Part shown: in pieces, positions 50,041-63,500 of the stretch
Position numbering within the stretch: position 1 is the stretch's first letter
Layout: every line of letters begins with the position of its first letter
From: Eledone cirrhosa
Taxonomy: Eukaryota
NCBI GenBank assembly: GCA_964016885.1
Contig: OZ024741.1
Location: 119,970,001-120,034,000 of the forward strand
DNA length: 64,000 nt
Direction: 5' to 3'
The notes under the pieces: model-generated
Database searches by the model: none
Told to the model about the DNA's origin: nothing
Seen by the model: the letters and a program-made list of their open reading frames with translations, nothing else
Program-made: the position numbers and the translations under genes

Positions 50041-52653
50041 TTATTGAACGGAAATGTTTGTTGATATTTGAGATGTAACTGCTTTACCAGAAGTTGAAGA
50101 TACATAAGTAGATTTAGTGGTAGACCATTGGGAAATCACATCTAACTTCTTCAGTAAACTACGGTAAACAATCTTTGTTAGAAGAAACGATAAACAAATA
50201 ATGAAACCAATAAAGGAGTTTAAAATACAAAACAGCAGAGAAAATTCTTCAATTTTTGTAAAGATATATAGGAATGCGAATATCCATGTTAATCCCATGA
50301 CAAAGCTTAGTTTTATGTATATAAAGAATTCATTATTATTATGTTTAGATAAATATTTTGCAGAATGTTTGCTAGCCAAATATAGCCCTCTTGCGGTGAA
50401 GATAAATGCAGTTATATTAAGACATAATATAACCATTACCGGAATTGCAAAGAGGTACAAAAGACCTTTTCCATTTGTAATCCAACAAATACCCTTGCCA
50501 TATTCTGGAGATATTCCATGATTTCCTGGTAAGTATTCAAATATAAGTGACACTGCAACTATTACAAATGGAGAAATCCAAGCATATAAAGAATACAATA
50601 TAAATCTCTTGCTACCCTTTCCTCTACTGCGAAGTTGTGTAAGTCCTGAGAAAGTGTACCAGGCATCAAATGACATGACATTCATCCAGAAGAAAGCAGA
50701 AAGAAAGGTATAATGAATCACAACAGCTAAAGATGTACACACAGCTGTAGATGTAGTAACATATGGTGTGATCAGAAACAGAAGCTCAGCTAGAAATAGT
50801 GCTGATAAAAGACTAATGAGTAATTTACCTGGTAAGGTACGGAGTTTAGGTATACATAGATAGACTATAATAGTGATGGCTAGAGCTGGAATAGAGATTA
50901 TTAGTCCTATAAGTGTGATATAACCCTCAACAGTGGAATATTTTGATATTACATTGGTACCATTTTTTACACAGATACTTACACCTTGAGAATCTTGACT
51001 GAATTCTGATTGGTTCAACAGACGTTGTGTCTTATTTAAGTAAAGGAGGCCATCACTAGTGATATGATATTCAGTTTCATTTAATATTGTTGTAGTACAG
51101 TTTAACTGTGTATGAAAGATAACCTGTCTACATTGCCTGGTATTTATATCGTAGACAGTGTGTTTTGGACACGAAGGTAACGGGATTACTTTCTCTGAAT
51201 TTTCATATGCTCCATATTTTATTATGGTATCATAATCGAAAAGGAGAGTTAAACGAGGCAGTGTGTTCATAGCTCTCATTGACGGAATATATTCTTCTAT
51301 CCCCATACATTCACGACAATATATGTTCCTGAATATTTCATATCCAGTTTTTACTAACGCCATAGGTCCATATTCACACGCAATCGTTTGTTCTGTATTA
51401 TTGTAATCTCCTGGACATTTAGATATATGTGGAGTACATTTATGCAAATATTGTTCTAAATCGTATATAGGTGGCTTTACAATTGAAAACCATTGTTCAT
51501 ACACTGATATGTTTTCAGGGCTTTTAAGTATTGGATATTCATACTCGAGATTCCATGGAATGAATTCCTCTCCGTGACACAGAGCACAGTATAAATTCCT
51601 GAAGAGTTTTTTACTTGTTTTACCAAAAGCAGGTATGTTGTGTAGTTGATCATCCGGGTTAGGACTTTCACAGTTGATTACATGCTCTGTAATGTCATAG
51701 TTAGGTGGACAGTGGTCAAATTGATAATAGAAATCGTCATTAACTCTACTACAACTATAATACACTGATGGATATGGCTGTTTATTGTTAGAACTGGTGT
51801 TATTAATCATGTCAACACAACAGTCATTGTAGAGGTAACAATCTTGGCGGCACGAACACTGGTCTGTTTTGGGATTTTCAGAACATAAAACTGGTCTAAA
51901 AGGGGTTAACTTCTCAGCAGCATTTTCTTCTTCAATATTGCAAACATAATCGAATTCTTCAATCCCATTACATTTAAGGCAATGTTTGTTCCTGAATACT
52001 TCAGATCTAGCTTCTACTAACGCCATAGGCTCAGATTCACACGCAATCTTTTGTTCTGTATTATTGTAATCTCCTGGACATTTAGATATATGTGGAGTAC
52101 ATTCATATAAATATTGTTCTAAATCGTATATAGGTGGCTTTACAATTGTAAAACACTGTTCATACACTGATATGTATTCAGGGCTTTTATATGTTGGACA
52201 TTCATACTCAAGTTTCCAAAGAATGTATTCCTCTCCGTGACACAGAGCACAGTATAAATTCCTGAAGAGTTTTTTACTTGTTTTACCAAAAGCAGGTATG
52301 TTGTGTAGTTGGTCATCCGGGTTAGGACTTTCACAATTGATTACATGCTCTGTAATGTCATGGTTAGGTGGACAGTAGTCAAATTGATAATAGTAATCGT
52401 CATTAACTCTACCACAACTATAATACATTGATGGATATGGCTGTTTGTTGTTAGAACTTGTGTTATTAATCATGTCAACACAACAGTCATTGTAGAGGTA
52501 ACAATCTTGGCGGCACGAACAACGAATCTCTTTAGAACATAACATTGGGGGACATTTGTAATCTTCTGTGACATTGTTGGTTGCTGTTGTTTGCAATACA
52601 AGATTCTGGATTGGTATAAAGGATACAATAAAGAATTTAAGAAATGATTCCAT
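50041..52653 (-). CDS. 870-aa intronless receptor: signal peptide, two tandem SMB-like/Cys-rich modules, class-B (Methuselah-like/adhesion-type) 7TM
   Basis: Hydrophobic N-terminus; CSC..DCYLYNDCC twice; LRTLPGK, IHYTFLSAFFWMNVM, YAW, YG..CW, KL..MGLTW class-B 7TM motifs; no GPS motif recognised. Confidence 0.92.
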   Translation of the reverse strand: MESFLKFFIVSFIPIQNLVLQTTATNNVTEDYKCPPMLCSKEIRCSCRQDCYLYNDCCVDMINNTSSNNKQPYPSMYYSCGRVNDDYYYQFDYCPPNHDITEHVINCESPNPDDQLHNIPAFGKTSKKLFRNLYCALCHGEEYILWKLEYECPTYKSPEYISVYEQCFTIVKPPIYDLEQYLYECTPHISKCPGDYNNTEQKIACESEPMALVEARSEVFRNKHCLKCNGIEEFDYVCNIEEENAAEKLTPFRPVLCSENPKTDQCSCRQDCYLYNDCCVDMINNTSSNNKQPYPSVYYSCSRVNDDFYYQFDHCPPNYDITEHVINCESPNPDDQLHNIPAFGKTSKKLFRNLYCALCHGEEFIPWNLEYEYPILKSPENISVYEQWFSIVKPPIYDLEQYLHKCTPHISKCPGDYNNTEQTIACEYGPMALVKTGYEIFRNIYCRECMGIEEYIPSMRAMNTLPRLTLLFDYDTIIKYGAYENSEKVIPLPSCPKHTVYDINTRQCRQVIFHTQLNCTTTILNETEYHITSDGLLYLNKTQRLLNQSEFSQDSQGVSICVKNGTNVISKYSTVEGYITLIGLIISIPALAITIIVYLCIPKLRTLPGKLLISLLSALFLAELLFLITPYVTTSTAVCTSLAVVIHYTFLSAFFWMNVMSFDAWYTFSGLTQLRSRGKGSKRFILYSLYAWISPFVIVAVSLIFEYLPGNHGISPEYGKGICWITNGKGLLYLFAIPVMVILCLNITAFIFTARGLYLASKHSAKYLSKHNNNEFFIYIKLSFVMGLTWIFAFLYIFTKIEEFSLLFCILNSFIGFIICLSFLLTKIVYRSLLKKLDVISQWSTTKSTYVSSTSGKAVTSQISTNISVQ
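51350..52525 (-). repeat. Internal 663-bp (221-aa) tandem duplication of the ectodomain module
   Basis: For example GAAGAGTTTTTTACTTG at 51601 and 52264. Confidence 0.93.
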
Positions 52654-53012
52654 TTTAAACCAATTAATAAAAATTTAATAATAGATACTAAAAGTCCTAA
52701 TTATAATTTTATAGGTAGAAATTGTTTTCTGCTTTACTAGCTTAAAACAATTTTGACGAAAACAGTAAATTTCATATTGATCATGATAACATATTTAACA
52801 TTTTTTTTTACATTGCAGCAGCAATACTCGTGAATTTAACATCAAGTTTCAATGCACCTTTGTCTTGAAAAATGCTGATAGTTTCAAAGTGATTATGATA
52901 GTGGGGATATATGGAATTTAAAGGTTAAACTCCAGATTCACAGTACAAGAGGATAAATCACCGTTGATGATTGACACGGAAACATGCATATCTAAGAAGT
53001 CTGTACATGTGC

Positions 53013-53031
53013 CTGTAAAAGAAGGAATATT
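53013..53031 (-). promoter_or_regulatory. Putative 3' splice acceptor of a 5'UTR intron, receptor copy B
   Basis: Minus strand AATATTCCTTCTTTTACAG, similar to the motif upstream of copy A. Confidence 0.5.
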
Positions 53032-54587
53032 TAATAGCACATATCTCAGGAAATATAATATATATTTGTGAAATTCATATCTAAATACATTTCTCTACAA
53101 CATTGCACATTTTCTCAATGTATTTAGAGGCATTTTTTTTAAACAACAAAACGATCTTTAACATTTTAAAATGAATGTATTGTCATAAATATTGTTTTTA
53201 GAGATGTTTCTATCAACTTTGTCTTTCAATATTTCGAGGTCTAAAAATAGGACAGTAGATTTACAGAATTGTTAAAGAGCCGTATGGAATGCTTTGTTGT
53301 TTCTGATTTAGGCCTGTACATTCTGAGTTAAAATTTTACATCTTTCTGCTAGAAGTTGCGACCAGCATGATAGTATCAGCAATGGAAAAGCCAACGTAAA
53401 TATTGTTTACTTGGTCTATTAGAGCGTCAGAGAGAATGCATTGCTATTTCATCCTACCTCAATGAATCCTGAGTTCAAATATCACTTTATTTTTCCATCT
53501 ACAAATGAATAAATGAATAAAGTACCAAACCAGGGCGGTTAATTGGCACAATCGTTAGAATGTTGTAAAAGCTGACATACCGTTTTTCAGCTCTTTTCGT
53601 TCTGAGCTCAAATTCCATCCAGGGTGATAATCAGGACTAATCCTTATACGAAGGGAGCACCCCGTGGTTAGGTAGGTCTATAATCAATATAGTTGCGGAG
53701 GCCTAAAATAGCAGTGGATCAAAAACGGTTGGATAGTAGAAAATGAATTCAATGTTGGGTGTTGAAGCTTGTTGAATGGTGGAGGAGTCTCTTGTTCGTA
53801 ATCAGATACCTTACGAAGTTTTGAAGGCACGTGGTGTTGTGGTTAAGGTGCAGGACTCACAATCATAAGTTTCGTGAATTCGAAATGTGTTGTACCAGAT
53901 ATGTCACACATAGTATCACGCTCAATCTCCCAGAGAACTGCCTTAATGATCTACGTGCCTGTGGAATGCTCAGCCACTTACACGTTAATTTTACGAACAG
54001 TCTGTTCCGTTGATTAAATCATCTGGAGCGCTTCTCGTAAGGAACGGTGGAGGTCCCACAGCATATTAATTTGTATTCCAGAAAAAAACTCTTTCAATTT
54101 CTTAATGTTCATTTAGTTGTACATGGAATGGAATATCATAGAATGAACCTCTGTCGGTTTCGACAATGACTGTTCCAGTTGTCCAATCAATGGAACAGCC
54201 TTTTCATGAAATCACCGTGTAAGTGGCTGAGCTTTCTACATACACACGTATTCCTTAACGTAATTCTCAGGAAGATTCAGCCTAACACAATGTGTGACAT
54301 GGCCGACCCTTTGAAGTACAGATTACAGTTCACCCGACGGTCTTCGAAACAGTTTTTGTCAGCCCAATTTTACTCACACAGACCCGAAAAAGACATTTAC
54401 CCAAGATGTTACGCAGTGGGATCGAACCCGGGACCTAATGATTGTGAAGCGAAATCCGGCCCTGGGTAGAGAGTTAATTAAGTAGAGGAAAGAACAAGTT
54501 TTCACATTTAAGGAAGCGTAAACTTGCATGGGAGGAATGACACTTACAACCTCACCGTTCCTCCTAACGCCACTTTTCTCTATCATC

Positions 54588-54673
54588 CCCTTAGCGCCTG
54601 CTTAGGCCTCAGCGCCCCTTGGACCTTCTCAATGCCCCCCAGGGGGCGGTAGCGCCCACTTTGAGAACCACTG
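54588..54673. mobile_element. Solo hAT-like terminus
   Basis: GC-rich palindromic subterminus ending TTTGAGAACCACTG; partner TIR not found. Confidence 0.45.
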
Positions 54674-55907
54674 GTCTAGGAGTTGGCCTGCAAAAGACTG
54701 GTATCTCGTCAAATAATGATTCCTGGGTTTTCAATCACTCAACGACACATGAAACCGCAATAAGCTCTGGCCTTATTCCAACCTGTGTAAACACGGAAAA
54801 AGAGACGTAAAAACGATGACTTCCTCTCTCCCACTCTCCCCATCCCTCTCTCAAAGATACGTTATACCACTATATGCTAAGGGATTAGTGTATAAATTAA
54901 GAGTTGTTCCCTAAACTTGAATTCACTGGTTAAACGCAAATACGAGAATATAGTTTTTTTTTCTATATATAAGTACTTCATTTTAATATTAAAAGGAAGG
55001 GAAGAAAAGGAAATCGATCGACAAGATCCGAGACCTTATTCGCTTACTGAGTAGGCTAGACCTCTTCAAATCGAAGGAGACAGTGTTTCCATAGGTCTTT
55101 CCATTGCTGATACTTTCTACCGGTCGCTGGAAGTCTCTTTATTTTGGTAAGTTTTATAAGCCAGATTTGTATGCCTTTGAGACAGCCAGTGTGAAGGCAT
55201 TTGAATGAGCTTGCAGACAAGACAGCATAACTATAGTCTGACCGCAGCTGTGAGCAGGTGTGCAGGCATGTCCGGTAATTGAGATGTTAACCGGTAATTG
55301 AGATCCTAAAAATGGAAAAACCCACAGTCAACTGGGTCAAAGACACTTTGAGCGCAGTCAGTTAGAATCTTATCTTTCCTTCACCGATACAATGTATTTC
55401 ATGTCTGAAATTATTGACTCAACCGCAACGAGTTAAAATATGTAGATCTATTTTATTCCCTATTGTATATATAATATTTCAAATAAAAAAAAGAAAAGAA
55501 AAAACAGAAGCGGGTAGCACACACATCTAGGACCGCATACAACACATAATCAGATAATACACAGATCTTTGGAATATTGTTAATCAAGTTTTTAGTAATC
55601 TACTGATATAAAAATCAGTAGTATATTGAAAAATGGAAAAATAGGGTGTGGGGTGGGGGGGGGGGGGGGGGGCGTTTCGTGATTTCGAGGAACAAAAGGG
55701 GGTGTTTGGCCTAAATGGGTTGAGAACCTGTGTTCTACATAATACCATCTCTGAGTAAAATGAAGTGATGAAGGAAGAATTACGAAGTGATATCAGTGAC
55801 ACTTACCTCATCTTTTTGAAAGCACTAATTAATTTATATATAAACTACATATTTATTTTTAATTCTTTCTTTTTTTTTTAGCAATGAACACATAAATTGT
55901 ATTTAGA

Positions 55908-55943
<36 letters not shown>

Positions 55944-58900
55944 TTTTCTTTATTAACCACAAGGGTTTACATAAAGTAGACATTAAGGACAGTACAGGAC
56001 GGTACAAATGGGCATTTATGCGTGTAAAAAAACAGAGGATATAATAAAATAACAAAGAAAATTCCCCAATAGGGGGGAGACTTCCGAGGGACATTTGTGG
56101 AGAAAGCCCATTAAAAGGCCACAGTGACCCTGACCACCAGGGCAAGTGCCCTCTCCCAGTTTTCCACCTTTAATTTACAGACACATACTCAGAGTAGGCC
56201 CATTCACTCGGGCCATACTTGCTTCTCTCACCCATCTTTCAACAAAATGCTGGGAAGAGAGCACTTCCCTCTCTATCCTGATTTTCCTTTTCAAATGAAA
56301 TTTGAAAAAGTTAATCAGGGCATCACCGAAGAGGTAAGTGCTCGTCTTCAGCCCTTTCGAACGTGTCCACCATACTATCTCTTTCGCCATGGCCACCAGA
56401 CAGATAATTGCCTGCCCTTCTCGGCTAAAGGGAGAGGGCTCTGAGTCCATCCTCACGATGGACTCAGCTGATAGCTGGTTCCGTCCTACACGTAACAGCA
56501 GGTGTTCGACATAAACCCACAAGTCAGCAATGCTCGGACACTGGACGAGTGCGTGCAGGACGGTTTCGTCGCTCTGCGCGCATCTCGGACATACCCGGCT
56601 GACGGCACCTCCATGCCTGTAGAGTTTATCACGAACTGGCAAGGCTCCTCGGTAGCACTGCCAGGCCAAGGATTTCTGAAAGTTGACCATAGGCCCCGGC
56701 CCGAAAGTCCTTCGGAAGAGATTGGCTAGTTGATTTTCGTCGAGGCCTAGAGTTTCTCCAAGTACGCCGTCGCTCTTCTCCTCCACTAATCCTCTATGGA
56801 ACTCCAAGGTGGAGTTTCCACCGATCACATTGCCCGATTGGTCGAGGGCTGTGAGCGCCTGAAGACATTCCAGTCTCCAAGCAGTCCCTCTCGGTCTTCG
56901 CTTCACCAAGGACTGCAGCTCCGTCAAGGAGACGAGCTGGGGAAAGACGTGTCTAGCAAACGGCGACCACACATGATCACCGTCGAGGAAGAGGTGAAGA
57001 TGTCGTAGCCTGAGCGCGTGTCTGCGCATCATCAGCCACGGCATGCCCAGCCCTCCACGTAGTGGGTGTTGACAGCAGATTGACTGCCTGACCATCGGAG
57101 CGCGTCCCTTCCACAAAAAAGCGAAAGAGCAAACGCTCCAGCGCAGTCAGGCGGGGCTTAGGACAAGGTAGGATGGTCAGGCGGTAGTAGATGACGGACG
57201 CGATGGATGTACGCGTTAGCCACCTCCGCTCGACCTTTCAGGGATAGCTTCCTCTCCGCCCATTTCTGGGTGAGAGAATCCACCCTGCTCGTCACCTCGT
57301 CCCAGTTTTTGTCCGTCTGGAGGTCCGGAGCGAACCAGACCCCTAGCAATTTAACCGGTCCGTCCGTCCAGCGCCCGACGACGCTGTTGGACGGCATGAA
57401 CCTGCCTCTCCAGGTGCCGAGCTGCAGGCCCACTGACTTTTCCTGGTTGATCATTGCTCCTGCCACCGCTTCGTATTCTCTTCGTGTAGTGCCGATCGCC
57501 TCGATGTGTTTGGCGTTCGACACCACTACGGTGACATCGCTCCGCATATGCTGACACGGATCTTCCGCATCCTAGTTCGCGCGGGACCCCCCTCAACGTC
57601 TCCAGTTTGTGCAGTAATGGCTTGAGTGTCAATACGTACAAGAGGGACGAGAGGGGACATCCTTAGCGGACCGAGCGTATGATGTTGAACGGTTCCGAAA
57701 GGTGACCGTTCACTCTCACCACAGAGCAGATGTTGCTGTGCATGGCAGCGATCCAGCCTCTGAAGACGGGCCCAAAGCCAGCCGCCCTCAGGACTGCCGC
57801 TTGGTAACGATGATCGACCCTATCGAAAGCTTTCGACTGATCTAAATTGATCAAGGACCCACCCGTGCCAGGTTCCCTAGCTACCCTCTCTACGGTGTAT
57901 CGCATGAGGTGGAGGTTGTCGAGGATGGATCTGTCAGGAATAGCGCACGTCTGCGCCTCTCCCACCAGACCACCAACGACAAGCGCCAACCTCTTTGCTT
58001 GCACCTTGGCCAAAATCTTGAACTCTGTGTTTAGCAGAGTTATGGGCCTGAAATTATCTATGTTATCCCCCTTGTTCGGATCCTTTCTCAGCAGCGCCAC
58101 AGCTCATCGGCTCACAGAGCTGGAAATAATCCCATTCTGTTGCCAGTTGCAGTAGACGTCCGCCAAGAGGCCTCCGGACAAGTCTGGCATATGTACGTAA
58201 AGTTCATAGGGCAGACCATCCAAACCAGGCGATTTACCCCTTGTGCAGCCAGTCATTGCCCCCCGTACTTCAGCGGCTGTTATCGGCTTTTAGCAACGCT
58301 CCACCTCAGTGGCCGAGAGCTGCGGCAGTCCGTTGAGGTAGACACTAAAGTCCATCCCGCGATCTGGCCCGCCGCTGCCCCCGAACAGCTGTGCGAAGTG
58401 TCGCTGAAAAGCTTCACACATTTTCCCGGCATCGAGTAGCATGCGCCTGTCGTGGTCCACCAAAGACCGGATCGTGGCTTTGTTGCCACGACGCTCCTCC
58501 GCCACGCGGGCCCATTGAACGGCTTTCGTCCCCTCGTGTCTGAGAGCACGCACCCTAGCTCTGACAACGCAGCCTTCGTGCTTTGCATTGAAGATTTGGT
58601 CAAGGGCCAATTTCGCCGCAAGTACGTCGGTCGCGATGCCTTTGCTAAGCGCCTCGTCTAATTTTCTAACTAGTTCTCCCTTTGCTCTATTTTTCTCTAT
58701 TGCTAAAGCCTTACTAAACCTAATGGACTCTATTCTAATCGCTCTTTTCAGAGCAAACCACCATTTGTTGTTGACGATGACCCCCGTCAACGCCCGCTTA
58801 ACTAGTTCGCTAATCCGGTCACTGTAGGACTTGTGCGCTGTTAATGACGCGTTTAGCTTCCAGTAGCCGATGTAGCTGTCCTAACTTTTTTGTTTTTAGT

Positions 58901-59772
58901 TTATTTGTCCCCCCCCCCCTGTATTTTGTTTTTGGAGGGGGAAGGAAGAGGGTTTTTATTCTTTGGGGTTCTTTTTCTTTTTTTCTTTTTTCCTGATACT
59001 GTTTGCCACTCCTCGTCGTCGCAATCTGTCTCCAGTTGCGATAGGTCGGGGAGTGGAAAATCCTCCACAGGCGTTGGTTTTGATTGTGACGTGGTGGATG
59101 GTGGAGGCGCTGGTGCTAGTTCTGGCGCGGTGGTTGGTGGTGGTGTTGGTTTTGCTACTGTTGCTAGGGTTGTTGCTGCTACAGTTGCTTCTGTTGTTGA
59201 TGGTCGAGTTATTGGGGTGGGTAAGAGAGGTGGCCTCAACTTTTTAGCCTGAGGGCAGAAAGCCTTTAGGTGGGTTCCTTCACCACAAACGACACACCTA
59301 GGCCTTCTACCCTCGACGATTACGGTAAGGTGGCTGCCGTCAGTGAGGTCTATTACCTCTGGGATTTCCTCAATGCTTTTTTGGTCCGCTTGGATCAGGA
59401 GCTCCATCCCAGATCCAGACCAGTTCTCCTGCTTTTCTTTTGATATTTCAATTATTTTGGTGTTGGCCTCGATGCCGGCGAGGACGGCAGCCATTAGCCA
59501 GGGAATTTCGATGGCCGGTGGAACGTGGGTCACCCTGATCGTCAAGAGTCTCTGGCCACAATAGCTTGGGACGAGTGTGAAGTCGTCGCTTCTTAATGGG
59601 GCCATGGAGTGCTCTCTGGCCTCCTGTGGTGTCCCAAAGAACACGTCCACGGTTCCGTATTTCTGCCCACGTCTGATGTGGGGTTTTGTCGCCCACACAT
59701 GTCCCAAAGCTTTTTGAATTTGGGACTCACATGCCCGTTCCACTCGGCGCGATTTTATTACGTGGGGGATGT

Positions 59773-59803
<31 letters not shown>

Positions 59804-60395
59804 GGGCTGACCCTGTACCCATCTTACTTTACCATTCTCTTGGCTTCATTTAATTCCTCCTGAGTTACCTCGATTGTTTCGCATTTCTTGGCTGATTTGG
59901 CAAACGACACATTTGCGGTGGTGTTGATGTTTTTGTTGTTATTCTCATTGTTGTTGTTGCTGTTGTTGTTATCGTTATTTTTCATATTGTTAATTTTGTT
60001 TCAGTTGTGGTGGTGGTGGTGTCAGTGGTGTTCGGTGTGGAAGAGTCGATTCTGGGTGAATCCATTTCGATGTCACGAGATAATAATTTTTTTTTCTTTT
60101 GTTTCTGTTGTCGCTGTGGTGGTGGTGGGGGTGGCGGCTTTAACACCTGCAGTTTAGGTAATGGCGGGAAATCAATGTCTGCATGAGACAAATTTAAATT
60201 ATTGCTACTGCTTATATTTTTAGTGTTGGCAAACGTAGTAATATTTACAATGGTGGTGTTAGTGTGAGGTGTTAGTTTGTGAGGAAGGTGTGGCTGTGAG
60301 TCGTTCATGATTTTTTCAAAGAAATTTTTTGTTTGATAATTATAATAGTTTAAATTTGGGGCTCAAGGCCCCAATCTTTTTGAGTGTCTTTTCAG
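55908..60395 (-). mobile_element. Tx1-clade LINE with ORF1, endonuclease-deleted ORF2 and (ATT)n tail
   Basis: ORF1 with Zn knuckle; ORF2 resumes at GYWKLN (~58868); NFRPITLLN, KAFDRVDH, CPRC; (AAT)n at 55908-55942. Confidence 0.88.
58901..59743 (-). CDS. LINE ORF1-like nucleic-acid-binding protein (partial; upstream part 59982-60308 frameshifted)
   Basis: CVVCGEGTHLKAFC (CX2CX4HX4C), Pro/Thr-rich linker, WQTVSGKKKKRKR. Confidence 0.7.
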   Translation of the reverse strand: MERACESQIQKALGHVWATKPHIRRGQKYGTVDVFFGTPQEAREHSMAPLRSDDFTLVPSYCGQRLLTIRVTHVPPAIEIPWLMAAVLAGIEANTKIIEISKEKQENWSGSGMELLIQADQKSIEEIPEVIDLTDGSHLTVIVEGRRPRCVVCGEGTHLKAFCPQAKKLRPPLLPTPITRPSTTEATVAATTLATVAKPTPPPTTAPELAPAPPPSTTSQSKPTPVEDFPLPDLSQLETDCDDEEWQTVSGKKKKRKRTPKNKNPLPSPSKNKIQGGGDK

Positions 60396-60521
60396 AAAGC
60401 AATATATGTGAACTTATAAACACTTAACAACAAACATGTTCCATAAATGGCAATTTGAAACAACTGAAAACAACAAACCTTTGCGGAGCTCACGATAATA
60501 CGATTTCCTATGTAGGTCGCC

Positions 60522-60568
<47 letters not shown>

Positions 60569-63500
60569 GGATTTCTTTATTGGCCACAAGGGCTGACATC
60601 AAGAAAAACATTACAGACGGAACAGGACGGTACAGGACGGTACGATGTGGGTTTTGTGCGTGTAAATATTTTTATTATTTATATAAGAAAAGAAAGAAAA
60701 GGACATAGAAACATATATATATATAAACAATAAAAATGAAAATTGAAACAATGAAAAATTCCCCAATAGGGGGGAAACCTCCGAGGGTTACACGTGGCGA
60801 AAACCACACAAAAGACCACGGCCACCCTGACCACCAGGGCAAGCGCCCTCTCTCAATTTTTCCATCTCTCAAACTACAGACGTATATTCAGAGTGGTCCC
60901 GTTCACTCGGACCATTCTCGCTACATTCACCCACCTTTCAACAAACTTGCTAGAAAGCAGCACTTGCCTCTCCACCCTGATTTTCCTCTTCAAGTGAAAC
61001 TTGAAAAAGTTAATCAGGGATTCGCCGAAGAGGAAAGTGTTTGTCTTTAATCCTTTTAACCTTGTCCACCACACAATCTCTTTCGCCATGGCCAGGAGGC
61101 AGATGAAAACCGCCTGCCAGTCGACAACCGGATCAGTCCCACACGCGACAACAACTGTTCGACATAGCTCCACAAATCAGCAATGCTCGGGCACTGAACG
61201 AGTGCGTGCACGACGGTTTCGTCGCTCTGCGCGCATCTCGGACAGGCTCGGCTGACGGCACTTCCGTGCCTGTAGAGCTTATCTCGAACCGGCAACGCTC
61301 CCCGGTAGCACTGCCAGGCCAGGGATTTTTGGAAGTTATCCATAGGCCCCGGGCTGAAAGTTCTCCAGAAGAGAGCAAACAGCTGATCTTCTTCGACGCC
61401 CAGGATCTCTCCGAGAATGTCGTCGCTCTTCCCCTCCACTAGTCCTCTATAGAACGCCGAGGTGGATGTTCCACCGATACTGGTGCCCAGCTGGGAGAGC
61501 GCAGTGAGCACTTGGAGACATTCCAGTTTCCAAGCGCTATCCCTCGGTCTTTTTCTGACCCAGGACTGCAGCTCCGTCAAGGAGACGAGCTGTGGGAAAA
61601 CATGCCTGGCGAACGGCGACCACACCTGTTCACCATCAAGGAAGCACCAGAGATGTCGCAGCCTCAGCGCATGTTTGCGCATCATCAGCCATGGCATGCC
61701 CAGTCCTCCACACAACGGGTGTTGACAGCAGATGGATCGTCTGACCATGGGAGCGCGTCCCTTCCACAAAAAGCGGAAGAGGAGGAGCTCCATTTTGGTG
61801 AGAGTTGGGCTCGAGCAAGGGACGACGGTGAGGCGGTAGCAGATGACGCATGCGATATACGCATTCGCCACCTCCACTCGGCCTTTCAGGGACAGCTTCC
61901 TCTCAGCCCATTTCTGGGTGAGGGAGGCCACCTTGCTCGTCACCTCGTTCCAGTTTTTCTCCATCTGGAGGTCCGGTCCGAACCAAACCCCGAGCAATTT
62001 AACCGGTCCGTCCGTCCAACGCCCCACAACGCTGTCGGACGGCATGGACTTTCCTCTCCAGGTGCCGAGCTGCAAGCCCACCGACTTTTCTTGGTTTATC
62101 TTTGCTCCTGTGACCGCTTCGTATTCCTTGAGAGCGGTGCCGAGCATATTGACGTGTCTGGTACTCGACACCACCAAGGTGACGTCGTCGGATTTCCCGC
62201 ATCCTAGTTCGCGTGGGACGCCCCTCATCGCCCCCAGTTTGTGCAGTAACGGCTCGAGAGCCAATACGTACAAGTGGGACGAGAGGGGACAACCCTGGCG
62301 GACTGAGCGCATGATGTTGAACGGCTGCGACAGGTGACCGTTCACCCTCACAACTGAGCCGATGTCGTTGTACATCGCTGCGATCTAACCCCTAAAAACG
62401 GGCCCGAAACCGGCTGCCTCCAGGACCGCCGCCAGGTACCGATGGTCGACCCTATCGAATGCTTTGGATTGATCCAAGTTGATCAGGGCCCCACCCGTAC
62501 AGGGTTCCTTAACCACCCTCTCTATGATATATCGCATGAGGTGGAGGTTGTCGTGTATGGATCTGTCCGGAATGGCGCATGTCTGCGCCTCTCACACCAG
62601 ACCCTTGACGACAAGCGCCAACCTCGTTGCTAACACTTTAGCCAAAATCTTGAACTCTGCGTTTAGCAGGGTTATGGGCCTGAAATTATCGATAACATCC
62701 CCCTTGTTCGGGTCTTTTCTCAGCAGCTCCACCGCTCCCCGGCTCACAAAACTGGGAATGCTCCCGTTCTGCTGCCTGTTGCAGTAGACGTCTGCCAAGA
62801 GGTCACTGAACAAGTCTGGCATAAATGCATAAAGCTCGTAGGGCAGACCAACCGAACCTGGCGATTTACCCCTCGTGCAGTTAGCCATCGCTTCCCGTAT
62901 TTTACCGGCTGTTATTGGCTTTTCGCAACACTGTGCTTCGGTCGTCGCGAGCCGAGGCAGTCAGTCGAGGTATGCACTGAAGTCCATGCCCCGATCCGGG
63001 CCGCCGCTGCTCCCGAACAGTTCAGCAATGTGCTGCTGAAAAGCTTCACACATCCACTCGGGTTCGAGCATCACGCACCCGTTTTGGTCAAACCGAATTG
63101 TGGCTTTGTTGCCACGTCGCGCCTCTGCCACCCGGGCCATTGGACGGCTTTTGTCCCCTCGTGTTTCAGAGCACGCGCTCTAGCTTTGACAACGCAGCCT
63201 TCGTATTTTGCGTTGAAGAATTGCTCGAGTGCTAATCTCGCCGCAAGCGAGATTGGCAACCGATGCCTGTCCTAAACGCCTCTTCTAGCTTTCTGACTAG
63301 CTCTCCCTTTACTCGATCTTCTTCTATCACTACTCCTTTGCTAAACCTAATCGACTCTACTTTAATTGCCATTTTCAGGGAGAACCACCACCTGTTGTTG
63401 ACGACCGCTCCCTCAACGCCCGCTTAACTAATACACTAATCCGGTCTCTGTAGGCTTTGCGCGCCGGGAAAGACGCGTTCAGATTCCAGTAACCGGGCCC

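Noticed and set aside
55700-55725. piggyBac-like terminus (TCAACCCATTTAGG on minus)
   Set aside because: No intact TTAA and no partner TIR found.
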